A DNA stretch of 62,983 bases, counting the filler. It is 10 parts of 10 records of this genome, joined end to end, with 100 filler letters (N's around TTAATTAATTAA, not from the genome) between each part and the next. Parts side by side here need not be neighbours in the genome. Positions count along the whole stretch, not along the records: positions 21,704 to 40,046 come from SRR15195285_276; positions 40,147 to 44,589 come from SRR15195285_281; positions 44,690 to 50,599 come from SRR15195285_283; 7 more parts are not named here. One strand, 5' to 3'. A model generated the notes under the pieces. The model had not been told where the DNA came from. It saw nothing but the letters and a program-made list of their open reading frames with translations, and did not search any database. Positions 37,001 through 46,158 of the stretch are shown piece by piece. The first letter of the stretch is position 1, and each line of letters starts with the position of its first letter. A program made the translations under genes and the position numbers.

Positions 37001-40000
37001 CTCAGTCGAAACACAGGAACGAGACAAAATGCGAACCTCCACACCGAGCTGGTGATGTGTACGTTCCACAACGTCTTCCTGCGGACATCTCGCGGTATCA
37101 CCCCGAAAATTGAGGAGGTGGTTGCTCGGGCAAAGCTGTCCGCTGAAACTGCGCGGTTGTTGCGATTCCTCGCGACAAGCGGCGGTGATGGAGTCTTGGC
37201 CAGTCTGGGTGTGCTGCCGCAGCTAAGGGCGGAGACAACGTTGTCGGACATCTTGATGCTGCGGCCAATATTTCATCTTGCAGCCGTGTGTACATCGGAA
37301 GTGAGTGGTGGCTTTCAGTTGGCGGAGATGTTATCAAATCCAGCAAGCTTCATTGACAAATTTCTTCCCGCGATGCCGGAGGATGAGTTGACAGCGATGT
37401 ATGCACTGCTCGGTGATGTTGCCATTTACTTGTGCCCAAATGGCCACAGATATACGGTCGCTAACTGCACGAGAACGGACGAGTCAGCTATCTGTGGAGA
37501 ACCTGGTTGTGGCGCAGCCATTGGCAACGCCAAAGGCAAGAAGTCACACACTCTGGCCGAGGGCAACACCTTGTTCGGATATACCAATCCAAACCGTGTC
37601 AACCAGGGCGCAAAGAGTCATGACCTCCAGCTCTTCGATGTCCACGGCAACCGCGTCGTTGGTGGGCGGGACCTGTCCAAACCGGAACTGATTAAAGGGT
37701 ACGGATTTAGTGACCCCAGTGCCGACGCAGAGAAACTTCCCACCACAGCTGCCCGCGAGCTGACCCCTTCGAGCACACGTGTGCTGCGCTACATTGTGCA
37801 TGGCCTTCTCCTTGTCTCACATGCTCTCAATTTTGGAGAAGTATCATCCAAAGGCGTTGAGCAGCTGCTCGGGGACAAGGTGAACCCCAAAGGCGAGCCA
37901 CGGGCTTGCAGAAAGTTCTTGGTGAACCACATGCGAAATGACTTTGATGTCCTGCTGAGAGTTTTAACATGCAGTGCAGAGGACCTGAGCGTTCGCCTTC
38001 ATCTGTACGTGGACAAGTTTCGATCAGAAATGAAGGCTGCGCAGGGCACGGGGGGAGGTGGCAGCGATGAAGATCGCCGCAATGCGTTCGAATCGTGGTT
38101 CCAAGCAGCTGTGTTAGAACCGGTCAATGCCTCTATAAAAGCAGATGTGAGTCGGGTCAAGTCTCGCTCGAACTCCCAGTCGAAGCCGAATGAGCTACAG
38201 ATTGAAATCGAGGAAGAACGTGACGTTGACCAGCTGCCCAGTGATTATCGCAACCAGCAGACGCCCTTGCTACTTCGATTCCGCAAACGCCCATCCTATC
38301 AGGCAATGGTTGAAAGCTTCAGCATGGAGGCTTCGGCCGCACAGGGAAAGCATCCTCTTCTCAAGTTGTTCACAGAGCATGAGCCCCATCTCCAAGCTCA
38401 TCGGCATATGTTGGCTGTCTGTCGTTGGTTGCGATTGATCAAGCGGCATTACAGCAAGAAGATCGACCGAGTAGAGGCGGAAGCGACGACTGTCCGCGAG
38501 GCGTTGGAGAAAATCGATACAGAGAACCGTTCTGAATGGGACAACGCGTGGACTGCATTCCGGGACGCATGGAAGGAGATTCGCCCACATGTGACGCGCT
38601 ACCAGTGTCACGAGGAAGAACGTGGACTGCTTCCGCCGATGGATGAAGAGAGTAAGCTGGCCATGTCAATGCCACACGACAAAGAGGACCACCCGTCGCT
38701 GTACCCGTTTATTTTACTCAGCTGGTTTGTACAGACGCACAATGATTTTTTGGACGATGCCACTGCGGCGGCACGTGACAAGGAGCAGGTGCAGGAAGAA
38801 ACAGCTGCGGAGCAGAATAAAAAGGAGTGGCAACAGTTGGAAGATCGCGACTTCTTGGCTTTTTCGCCAGACGAGCTTGAGAAACTAGTCGCTGACTGTG
38901 CTCAACAGCCAGATCAGTATGGTCGCGGTAAGGAGCTTAGTTTCGAGTACAACGCTATCGAAGACTGGATTACAGAGACGCTTCTCACCTCTAAGAGTAC
39001 ACTGGCGCCAGTGAGCACCCTTGGAAAGAATACCTGTGACACATTTGAATTCATTGGGGAGATCATGCATGTTGAAGCTGACAATACAATTGGCGGGATC
39101 GAGCAGCTGCCTTTAGAAAATCGCCTGATTCTGGAAATTCTGGAGGAACAGTCGACTCTGCAAAAAGCTGCACGACTCCAGCAACGCGTCAGGGAGTGTA
39201 TTGGTTTTCTGCAGAGCACTCAAGGTGATGGCATGGTGACCCTCAGTCACTATTGCCAGTACACTCTGCGTCTGCGCGAGGACGAGATCGTTGACCTGTA
39301 CGCAGCGGATGGCACTGCTGGCTGTGTGATGCGCTCTGTGCGGCTGTGCCACCTTAAAGCACTTGACGAACTGCTGGATCAACGACTTCATGGCGATGGC
39401 TTGGCGAGCATAGCCCCGAAGTACAAGCAGCGCATGGCGGACGATGTCTCACGAGAGGTGGGCGCGTTTGCTACCAATCTGACTTTAGTGCAGCTGAAAA
39501 TGCTTTTGGCAGGCTGGAGGAGATTCATGAGACAATTCATGAGTGATTTTCAGGAGGCCTACCCCGAGGACACGTCGTTGAAAGACTTTCTGGAATACAC
39601 ACCGTGTGACGATGTGGGGGATCAGCTGCTCGCGGACGAGGATTGGTTCCAACGCTTCCCAACGAGTGTGCTGCTCGCTCACTGCGCCGAATCATTCAGT
39701 GCCATCAATGGGATGCATCAGGAGCGCTCGCAGGCTCGCGAGGCGCCAGCTCAGCATGCGCCAGCTCAGCATGCTGAGTTGGAGCCGGAGCCCGAACCTG
39801 ACCTTGAGCTTGAGTTTGAACCTGAGCCTGAACCTGAACCACACGCAGAGCCGGAAACTGGCGCGCCAGATGCAAGAAACGAGGATCTGTGCAGAAAGCT
39901 GAAAGAAGCCCAAGATACTTTGAGTGCGTTGAAAACACTGGGCCTCGATGCGATTGAACTGAAACCAGTCCAGGCTGAAGTTGACATCTTAGCAGCACAG

Positions 40001-40046
40001 CTAGCAAGCGCAGAGGCTGCGGACTCAGCAGAATCTGCTGCGCCTG
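22094..40046 (+). CDS. RNF213/mysterin-like giant AAA+ ATPase and RZ-finger E3 ligase (~6000 aa, single exon, no stop before contig end)
   Basis: CBM20-like start (FTFHVVS...IVGSLPELG, about 22513-22610). LNYFT motif, YTSKKVGLGKS (~27955), Walker A MGETGCGKT (~29216) with FLDEINT, AACNPYR, VSLRDV, Walker A GKPGSSKT (~30340) with VLDEVGLAE, LKVLH, SNW.LDPAKMNRA, GLRDFYS, YESLYDMLNQNY and PLLNRFEK. RZ finger YLCPNGH...C...C...C...IG...H at about 37427-37560. Confidence 0.93.
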
Positions 40047-40146
40047 NNNNNNNNNNNNNNNNNNNNNNNNNNNNNNNNNNNNNNNNNNNNTTAATTAATT
40101 AANNNNNNNNNNNNNNNNNNNNNNNNNNNNNNNNNNNNNNNNNNNN
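40047..40146. other. Artificial contig spacer
   Basis: N44-TTAATTAATTAA-N44. Confidence 0.99.
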
Positions 40147-40149
40147 CCA

Positions 40150-40176
40150 ATGGGAACATGGGAACATGGGAACATG
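40150..40176. repeat. Short tandem repeat (ATGGGAAC)x3
   Basis: atgggaac atgggaac atgggaac atg at contig start. Confidence 0.7.
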
Positions 40177-40465
40177 AGTTGACGAGGTCGCTTGGTCGGG
40201 AACACCAATTGGGAAACAAAAGCACTGCTGTAGGCGAAGGGATGTTGAAGCGCCGGTATGAACGGATAAGTGTTGCTCTCGTCTCAACGCTCAACAGCAG
40301 TGAGCAGAACAGCGACGGCCAACAGCGCCGGCTGCGACGGCACGGCGCCCTCGAGATGCGCAGCCACCCCGCGCTACCTCTCCCGCCTGCGCTCTAGAGG
40401 CAGAGCCACAGAGGTACAGGTCCGGGGCAGGTTGACGGAGCCACAGAGGCGGCAGCGGGAAGAGA

Positions 40466-43417
40466 GTGGGAGTGTGTGGGATGTCCGGGTACCGGCGCTC
40501 GGCGAGAGCGTATGGGGTGGGCAACGCGCAGCGCGAGCCGGCGCGGACTGTTGCGGACATCGGCGGTGGGATCGATGAGCAGGTGCTGCAGGCGCTGGAG
40601 CAGCTCGAGGGGATGATCGCGGAGGAGCGAGAGGCGCGCCTCGAGCTTCAGAGCCAGATGGAGCAGGTGGTTTTGCCCAAGTTGGATGAGTATGGAGATG
40701 GGCTCCACGCCCTGATGGATATGCTAGAGGACATCCCGACAAACGAGATCGTTGAGGGAGCGGTCGATGAGCTGCGCCAAGCATGCGAAGAGGCACTGGA
40801 AGCTCAGGCGGAAGAGATGACGCAGCTGCGCACTGATGTCGCGGCGGAGCTCGGTGCGCTGGTGAAGACCAGCGACTTTGAGCAGCGACTTGAGACAACG
40901 GTTGCGGGGCAGCTGCGGACGCAGGCTGAGCAGCACGCGGGCACATCCGCAGACCTGTCCGAGCGTGTAAAGGACCTAGATGCTCGCATAGAAGAGCACA
41001 CGGCTGCCTTAGAGGGTAAAATTCAAGAGGCTTCCGAAGGCTCAGCCCAGCGCTTGCAGATCTTGGACGCCAAACATGAGTCCCTTGAGCAGACCCTCGG
41101 CATACGGTTTGACTCGCGGCTGATCCGGGTTGAGGAGGTCGTCAGTAGCGTCGAGAGCCGCGTCAACAGCGAGCTCACGGGATTCGAAGAGAAGCTTGAG
41201 CTTGAGTTTGCACGGCTCGAAACGCTAGAAGGTTCGATGTCGAAGAAGGTTAGCGACAGCTCTGCGCAGTTGCTCCGGGTGCTTGACAAAAGTATGACGA
41301 CGCTCGACTCACAGTTGCACAGCCAAGCAGAAGTGACCACAACCCGCTTTGACCAACTGCAGAGACAATACGACGTCGGCGGCCAGATGAATGAACTACG
41401 TGACCGCATCGCGCAGAGCGAGAAGAAGACGGAGACTCTGCTCGAGCCAATCGCGTCACGAACACGCGCCCTCGAGCACAAGTCGCACGGTCTAGAGTCT
41501 TTGCTTCAGGAGAAGGGCGGGCGCTGGGACAGTTCCCAGGCGAAGGTGCAGCAGATCGAGCTTGAGCTGGAGCGGTACCGGAAGCGCACCGATGACGGCA
41601 TCGTGACACTGCGGAACCGACAAGATCAAGGGGTCAAAGAGACGCGGGATCTTCGTTCCGTCATCGAAACGAGCAAGGTGGAGCTGCGCAGAGACATAGA
41701 GCAGTGTCCGAAAGCAGAGGACATGCAGAAGGTACGAGAAGCGATCGACGAGGTGAAGGAAAGCGCCAGAGACACACAGAAACGCTTACAGGACGACATA
41801 CGCGATCGGGCGGCCAAGTGCGGTGTAGACCTGCAAGCAGCTCAACGTGACTTGAGTTCTACAATCGTGCGCTGTGAAACCACTCTGGAGTCGAAGATCG
41901 GCACGCAGTTGGAAGCTATTTCACGGCTAGAGACGAAGCAGGACGAAGCAGCTGCGAATACAACAGCTGCAATCAAGGCAGAGTTGCAAGCATTCGAGGA
42001 AACCAACACAGCCCGCATAGAGAAGGCGGTGAGGGTGGCAGAGGATAATCTGGAGGTGTCTGTGGGCGGAATTCGGGGCCGTGTCGAGCGGTTGGAGCTG
42101 TTGCATCACGACACGGCGGAGGGGAATCGGCGGGTTGAGGACCGCTGCTCAACACTGGAAGCTACGATTAATCAGAGAGTGAGTGAAGCAGAGGCGAAAG
42201 CTCGAACATCAGACACGATGATTCTAGACGGGGTTGGGCGTTTCAGTGAGCAGGCGACGATTCAGATGAACGCCCTAGAGCGAAAGGTTGACTCCGCCAT
42301 GGAGGGTTTGAAGTCGCAGCTCGCGGCATCGACGGACCGGTTGCGAGATGACCTGGGCACTCAGGTCGAGCGACTCGATGCTGCCGACTCGACAGCGCGG
42401 AGTGAGCTAATGGGTGCAAAGGACGACCTGCAGATGCAAATCATGCGCGAAACTGGCGATATCAAGGAAATGTCGAAAGCGGAGCTCAAGCGTCAGGACG
42501 AGAAGATTACCACTGCCATCGATGAACTCACTGCGAGCATGGCGCATCAGAACACAACGCTGCGCAACGAGGTCGACGCGAGGGTTTCCGACCAAGACAA
42601 ACAGATATCGTTCGAGCTGGCGAACGTGAAGCAGGATGCGAAGGAGACTAATGAACGCATGCAAGAGAGAGTGACTGGGCTCGAAGAGCAGCTGACCACG
42701 AGCATGACTGAGGGCGTAGCAGAGATGAGGGCGGACATTGCGTCGAAGAGCGCCGCGATGGATGCGCGGTTGGGACACGGGCTAAAGGAGTGCGAAGATG
42801 CGATCGAGAGAAAAGCCGAGGTAGGGTTTGTCAAGACGCTCGAGATGCTGCTGCGGCAAGATATGGAGGAGACCAACGACGGGCTGAAACACCTTAACGA
42901 TGAACTAGGTGAGCATGAAAAACACATGGAAGCTTTGGCGGAGCGATTAGAAAAGGACGAGGGGGAGACGAGTGAGCTGGCGACAGATCTTGGATTCTTA
43001 GAGGCCACGATGTCGACGATAGAGATGGAGCAAGCGGACCTTCGGGAGGCTGTCAGCAACCAAATTGTGGAGGAGGTGGCGGCGTGTAAGGCGGACAGCG
43101 AAGACAAGGCGGAAGTGCTGCGCCGTGAGGTGCAGGAGAGCGTGGCCAGCTTTAAGACCGAACTGGACGAGACAGTCGTGAAGCAGATGAGCAGCCGGAT
43201 TGCGCAGTCTGAGAAGGCGGTCACAACCAGAGTGACGACGATGGAGGAGCGCGTGAACGATGCCGCGTCCAAGACGGAGCTGAAAACGCAGCTCGGCCTC
43301 ATGAACATTAACTTGGAGGAGGTATCACAGGGAGTCCAAGCGCTTGACGAGATGGTGAACGACGACGCAGAGATTAATGCTCTGACGGACAGATTAGAAA
43401 GGATCGATGGTGCGTAG
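40466..43417 (+). CDS. Long coiled-coil protein; true start uncertain, probably an upstream exon
   Basis: 983-aa ORF with E/Q/R/L-rich heptads throughout and no catalytic motif recognised. Confidence 0.8.
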   Translation: MGVCGMSGYRRSARAYGVGNAQREPARTVADIGGGIDEQVLQALEQLEGMIAEEREARLELQSQMEQVVLPKLDEYGDGLHALMDMLEDIPTNEIVEGAVDELRQACEEALEAQAEEMTQLRTDVAAELGALVKTSDFEQRLETTVAGQLRTQAEQHAGTSADLSERVKDLDARIEEHTAALEGKIQEASEGSAQRLQILDAKHESLEQTLGIRFDSRLIRVEEVVSSVESRVNSELTGFEEKLELEFARLETLEGSMSKKVSDSSAQLLRVLDKSMTTLDSQLHSQAEVTTTRFDQLQRQYDVGGQMNELRDRIAQSEKKTETLLEPIASRTRALEHKSHGLESLLQEKGGRWDSSQAKVQQIELELERYRKRTDDGIVTLRNRQDQGVKETRDLRSVIETSKVELRRDIEQCPKAEDMQKVREAIDEVKESARDTQKRLQDDIRDRAAKCGVDLQAAQRDLSSTIVRCETTLESKIGTQLEAISRLETKQDEAAANTTAAIKAELQAFEETNTARIEKAVRVAEDNLEVSVGGIRGRVERLELLHHDTAEGNRRVEDRCSTLEATINQRVSEAEAKARTSDTMILDGVGRFSEQATIQMNALERKVDSAMEGLKSQLAASTDRLRDDLGTQVERLDAADSTARSELMGAKDDLQMQIMRETGDIKEMSKAELKRQDEKITTAIDELTASMAHQNTTLRNEVDARVSDQDKQISFELANVKQDAKETNERMQERVTGLEEQLTTSMTEGVAEMRADIASKSAAMDARLGHGLKECEDAIERKAEVGFVKTLEMLLRQDMEETNDGLKHLNDELGEHEKHMEALAERLEKDEGETSELATDLGFLEATMSTIEMEQADLREAVSNQIVEEVAACKADSEDKAEVLRREVQESVASFKTELDETVVKQMSSRIAQSEKAVTTRVTTMEERVNDAASKTELKTQLGLMNINLEEVSQGVQALDEMVNDDAEINALTDRLERIDGA

Positions 43418-43735
43418 TTTATTCGTCGTTGCACCGCCAGCCCGGCCGCGCCTCGCCGCGCTCAAATTCTCACTTATGTGGGATGCGAGGGCGTGCGCTG
43501 ACCGCTTGCGTGTCGCTGTCCTGCAGAGACGGTGGCTGATCTCTCGGTCGAGTTCATGATGTTTTCGTGCACGAACGACCTGAACGCGGAAGCTTGATCG
43601 CCGCAGAAGATGGGCAACGTGCTGCAGTGACAGTTGCCGCGCGGTGTGTCACCTGCTCGCGCGCGTGTCGGTGGTTGCCCAGCCAATGTGCCCAGCCAAT
43701 GTACGCGACTGGGTTTTGTCACGTGGGCGTCGGCA

Positions 43736-44467
43736 TCAAACCTTCCAAGCTGCCTTCTTGACGCGGCGCAGCACTACCTCGATGGGCGTAATCGCAGAGC
43801 ATGCCACCTTCCCGCCCTGATACTCGAAACACGGATCGCCCGCTTCGACCAGTAGCAGTGCCTTCGCTGCGTCCTTTAGGGCGCTGTTAGCAGGGAACTT
43901 GGCGTCAAGAGCCTGCTGCGCAGTCCGATAGACGTAGTAGCCACCGTGGTGCCCAGGGCGCGCGGGCTGTTCCACTAGCTGCCCAAGCTGATACTCCGTC
44001 GTACCGTCGTATATAGAGAAGAACCGACCGCCTTTGCGCGCTACTAACTTGTAGCACAGCACGCTCGGCGGTCGTGGCGGCAGAGCTGGCAGCGTGCCCA
44101 TCTCGCGAGGGAACCCCTTGCACAGCGAGCACTGCAAGCAATTCGTGCTAAGGACGTCCATGAGGCGCAGCGCTGCGCCACGCGGGCAGAGCAGCCAGGC
44201 GCGCCGTTTGGCGTAGTCAATGTGGACCGAGCACATGCCCAGGCCCTCCAGCCCAAGTGCTGCCTGCACGTGCAGCTCGAGCTCGCGGTGCGCTGTGACC
44301 GTGTCCGGCAGCCGCACGACCTCCACCACCGCCCAGTTCGTGACGAAGTCCAGGAACTCGCGCGCCTGTGCGAAGGTCTCCTCCATGTCGGCCCGCAGCC
44401 CCGAGAAGCCTGCCGCGATGCGCTCCACGCGCTGCGCGAGCTCGGCGGCGTCGCCCATCCCATCCAT
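43736..44467 (-). CDS. Hypothetical protein: possible RRM-like segment plus a conserved-looking C-terminal domain
   Basis: Protein-like ORF with C-terminal YKLVA...FFSIYDGTTEYQLG...ARPGHHGGYYVY...FPANSAL...GKVACS. Confidence 0.65.
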   Translation of the reverse strand: MDGMGDAAELAQRVERIAAGFSGLRADMEETFAQAREFLDFVTNWAVVEVVRLPDTVTAHRELELHVQAALGLEGLGMCSVHIDYAKRRAWLLCPRGAALRLMDVLSTNCLQCSLCKGFPREMGTLPALPPRPPSVLCYKLVARKGGRFFSIYDGTTEYQLGQLVEQPARPGHHGGYYVYRTAQQALDAKFPANSALKDAAKALLLVEAGDPCFEYQGGKVACSAITPIEVVLRRVKKAAWKV

Positions 44468-44589
44468 ATCGGGGATATCACAGGCTGGGTTGCACACCGG
44501 CCCTGGGGAGCAGGGTGGATAAGAGATGGATAAGAGCGATCAATACGACAATTTTACAGTGCATTAAGTACGAGTTTGAATGCGGAGTA

Positions 44590-44689
44590 NNNNNNNNNNN
44601 NNNNNNNNNNNNNNNNNNNNNNNNNNNNNNNNNTTAATTAATTAANNNNNNNNNNNNNNNNNNNNNNNNNNNNNNNNNNNNNNNNNNNN
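44590..44689. other. Artificial contig spacer
   Basis: N44-TTAATTAATTAA-N44. Confidence 0.99.
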
Positions 44690-44898
44690 CCACAGTAGTC
44701 ATCGTAGAGGAATTGTCTCTAGTAATGAAAGTTCTCTTATACGGAATACCTACCAGGTACCTTAGGTAGTACCAGTAGGAATCCTATCCGAATAGCCTGT
44801 TCGTGAGGAACTGACCGTTTGCAGTGTTCCAAATGTTCCGCCATACAGCACTGTAGGCGGCAGTGTTGGGCTCTCTCTCTCTAACGCGCGCGGTTGAG

Positions 44899-45996
44899 AT
44901 GGGGATTTGCGGCAGCAAACCGCCAACCAGCGGCGGCGGGAGCGGCGGTGGCGCTGCGGCTGGCGGCGGCGGCGGCGGTGGCGCGGCGGGAGCGGCAGCG
45001 GTGGCTGTTGCGCGGCCGGCGGTCAACGACGCCACGAAGCTGACCCGTGAGGAGAAGCAGGAGTTGATGAAGAAGACGATCATCGTCGATCGCGAGGGAG
45101 AAACGATCGTTCGACGACCCGGGGACATCGCTGGCTGGGACATGAATCTGGAAAGCTGCAGCAACTGCACGATCCTGATCTTCGACCGCATTGGCGCGCT
45201 GACCGGCGACGAGTGCGAGGGATGCACAGTTGTCATCGGGCCGTGTAGCACGTCCGTCTTCTTGCGCAAGTTTAAGCGCTGTCGCATCATTGTGGCATGC
45301 CAGCAGTTCCGTGCACGGGAGCTGGAGGACTGCACGGTTCTTATGTACTCCCAGTCACGCCCCGTGATTGAGAGCTCGCGCAGCCTTCGCATTGGGTGCC
45401 ACACTCTCTCGTACCCACAGCTGCCGGAGCAGATGGCACACGCAGGCCTATCGCCTCTGTGCAACCCATGGTCGGCAATACACGATTTCACACCGAGTAC
45501 GCTTAGTTATTCCCTGCTGAGCGAGGCAGAGCAGGAGACTGTTACTACAGAACTGCGCGCGTTGCCAGCCTGCGCAGAGGTCGGGGCGGACTTCGCGCGG
45601 GACATGATTCCAGTCACATTCGGCTCTCGTCAAGGTCGACCGCCTCATCTTGCACACGGAGTCTTCATCGCCGATCCAGATCCAGCTGCGTTGGTCGCTA
45701 AGCTGGTTGACTTGTCGAACACTGAAGGCGTTAAAGTCATTCGGACAGACGTCCAGCCAGGCAGCAGTGAACTTCTGGGTTTCCTGAAGGGGTTCGCGGG
45801 TGGAGCAGCGCTTCCAACGGCGGTAGCGAAGGCTGCGAAAACTGCAGCACCGCTGGTGTGCGTGGAAGTGGCTGGACAGAGCGCAGCGTCGCTAGTATCA
45901 ACGATGCAGGGTTGGGGAGGGTTGGCAGTCGCAGACAGTGGGCAAGCAGAGGTCTTGTTTCCGAACTACCAAGACCAGGGCGGGAGACTAAAGTGA
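44899..45996 (+). CDS. RP2: XRP2/RP2 (TBCC-domain ARL3 GAP)
   Basis: N-terminal acylation motif MGICGSK. GETIVRRPGDI.G, GPCSTSVFLR, arginine finger ACQQFRAR, PVIESS and NPWSAIHDFTP. Confidence 0.88.
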   Translation: MGICGSKPPTSGGGSGGGAAAGGGGGGGAAGAAAVAVARPAVNDATKLTREEKQELMKKTIIVDREGETIVRRPGDIAGWDMNLESCSNCTILIFDRIGALTGDECEGCTVVIGPCSTSVFLRKFKRCRIIVACQQFRARELEDCTVLMYSQSRPVIESSRSLRIGCHTLSYPQLPEQMAHAGLSPLCNPWSAIHDFTPSTLSYSLLSEAEQETVTTELRALPACAEVGADFARDMIPVTFGSRQGRPPHLAHGVFIADPDPAALVAKLVDLSNTEGVKVIRTDVQPGSSELLGFLKGFAGGAALPTAVAKAAKTAAPLVCVEVAGQSAASLVSTMQGWGGLAVADSGQAEVLFPNYQDQGGRLK

Positions 45997-46158
45997 GCTA
46001 TCGAAAACGATCTTTTCGCAACCATATCGATTGCTGCTGACACGCTGCTGGCTGACCACGCGAGCGGTTCTCACCAGACTCTAGGGAACTCACAGACCAT
46101 CTCTTACCCAACCGAGTTTTGTGGCTAACATCCACGGACTAGCACTTGCGGCATAGCA

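Noticed and set aside
22094-40046. Dynein heavy chain or midasin
   Set aside because: The motif set (GETGCGKT, AACNPYR, GKPGSSK, LDPAKMNR, LLNRFEK, CPNGH RZ) matches RNF213. No vWA tail or dynein signatures were seen.
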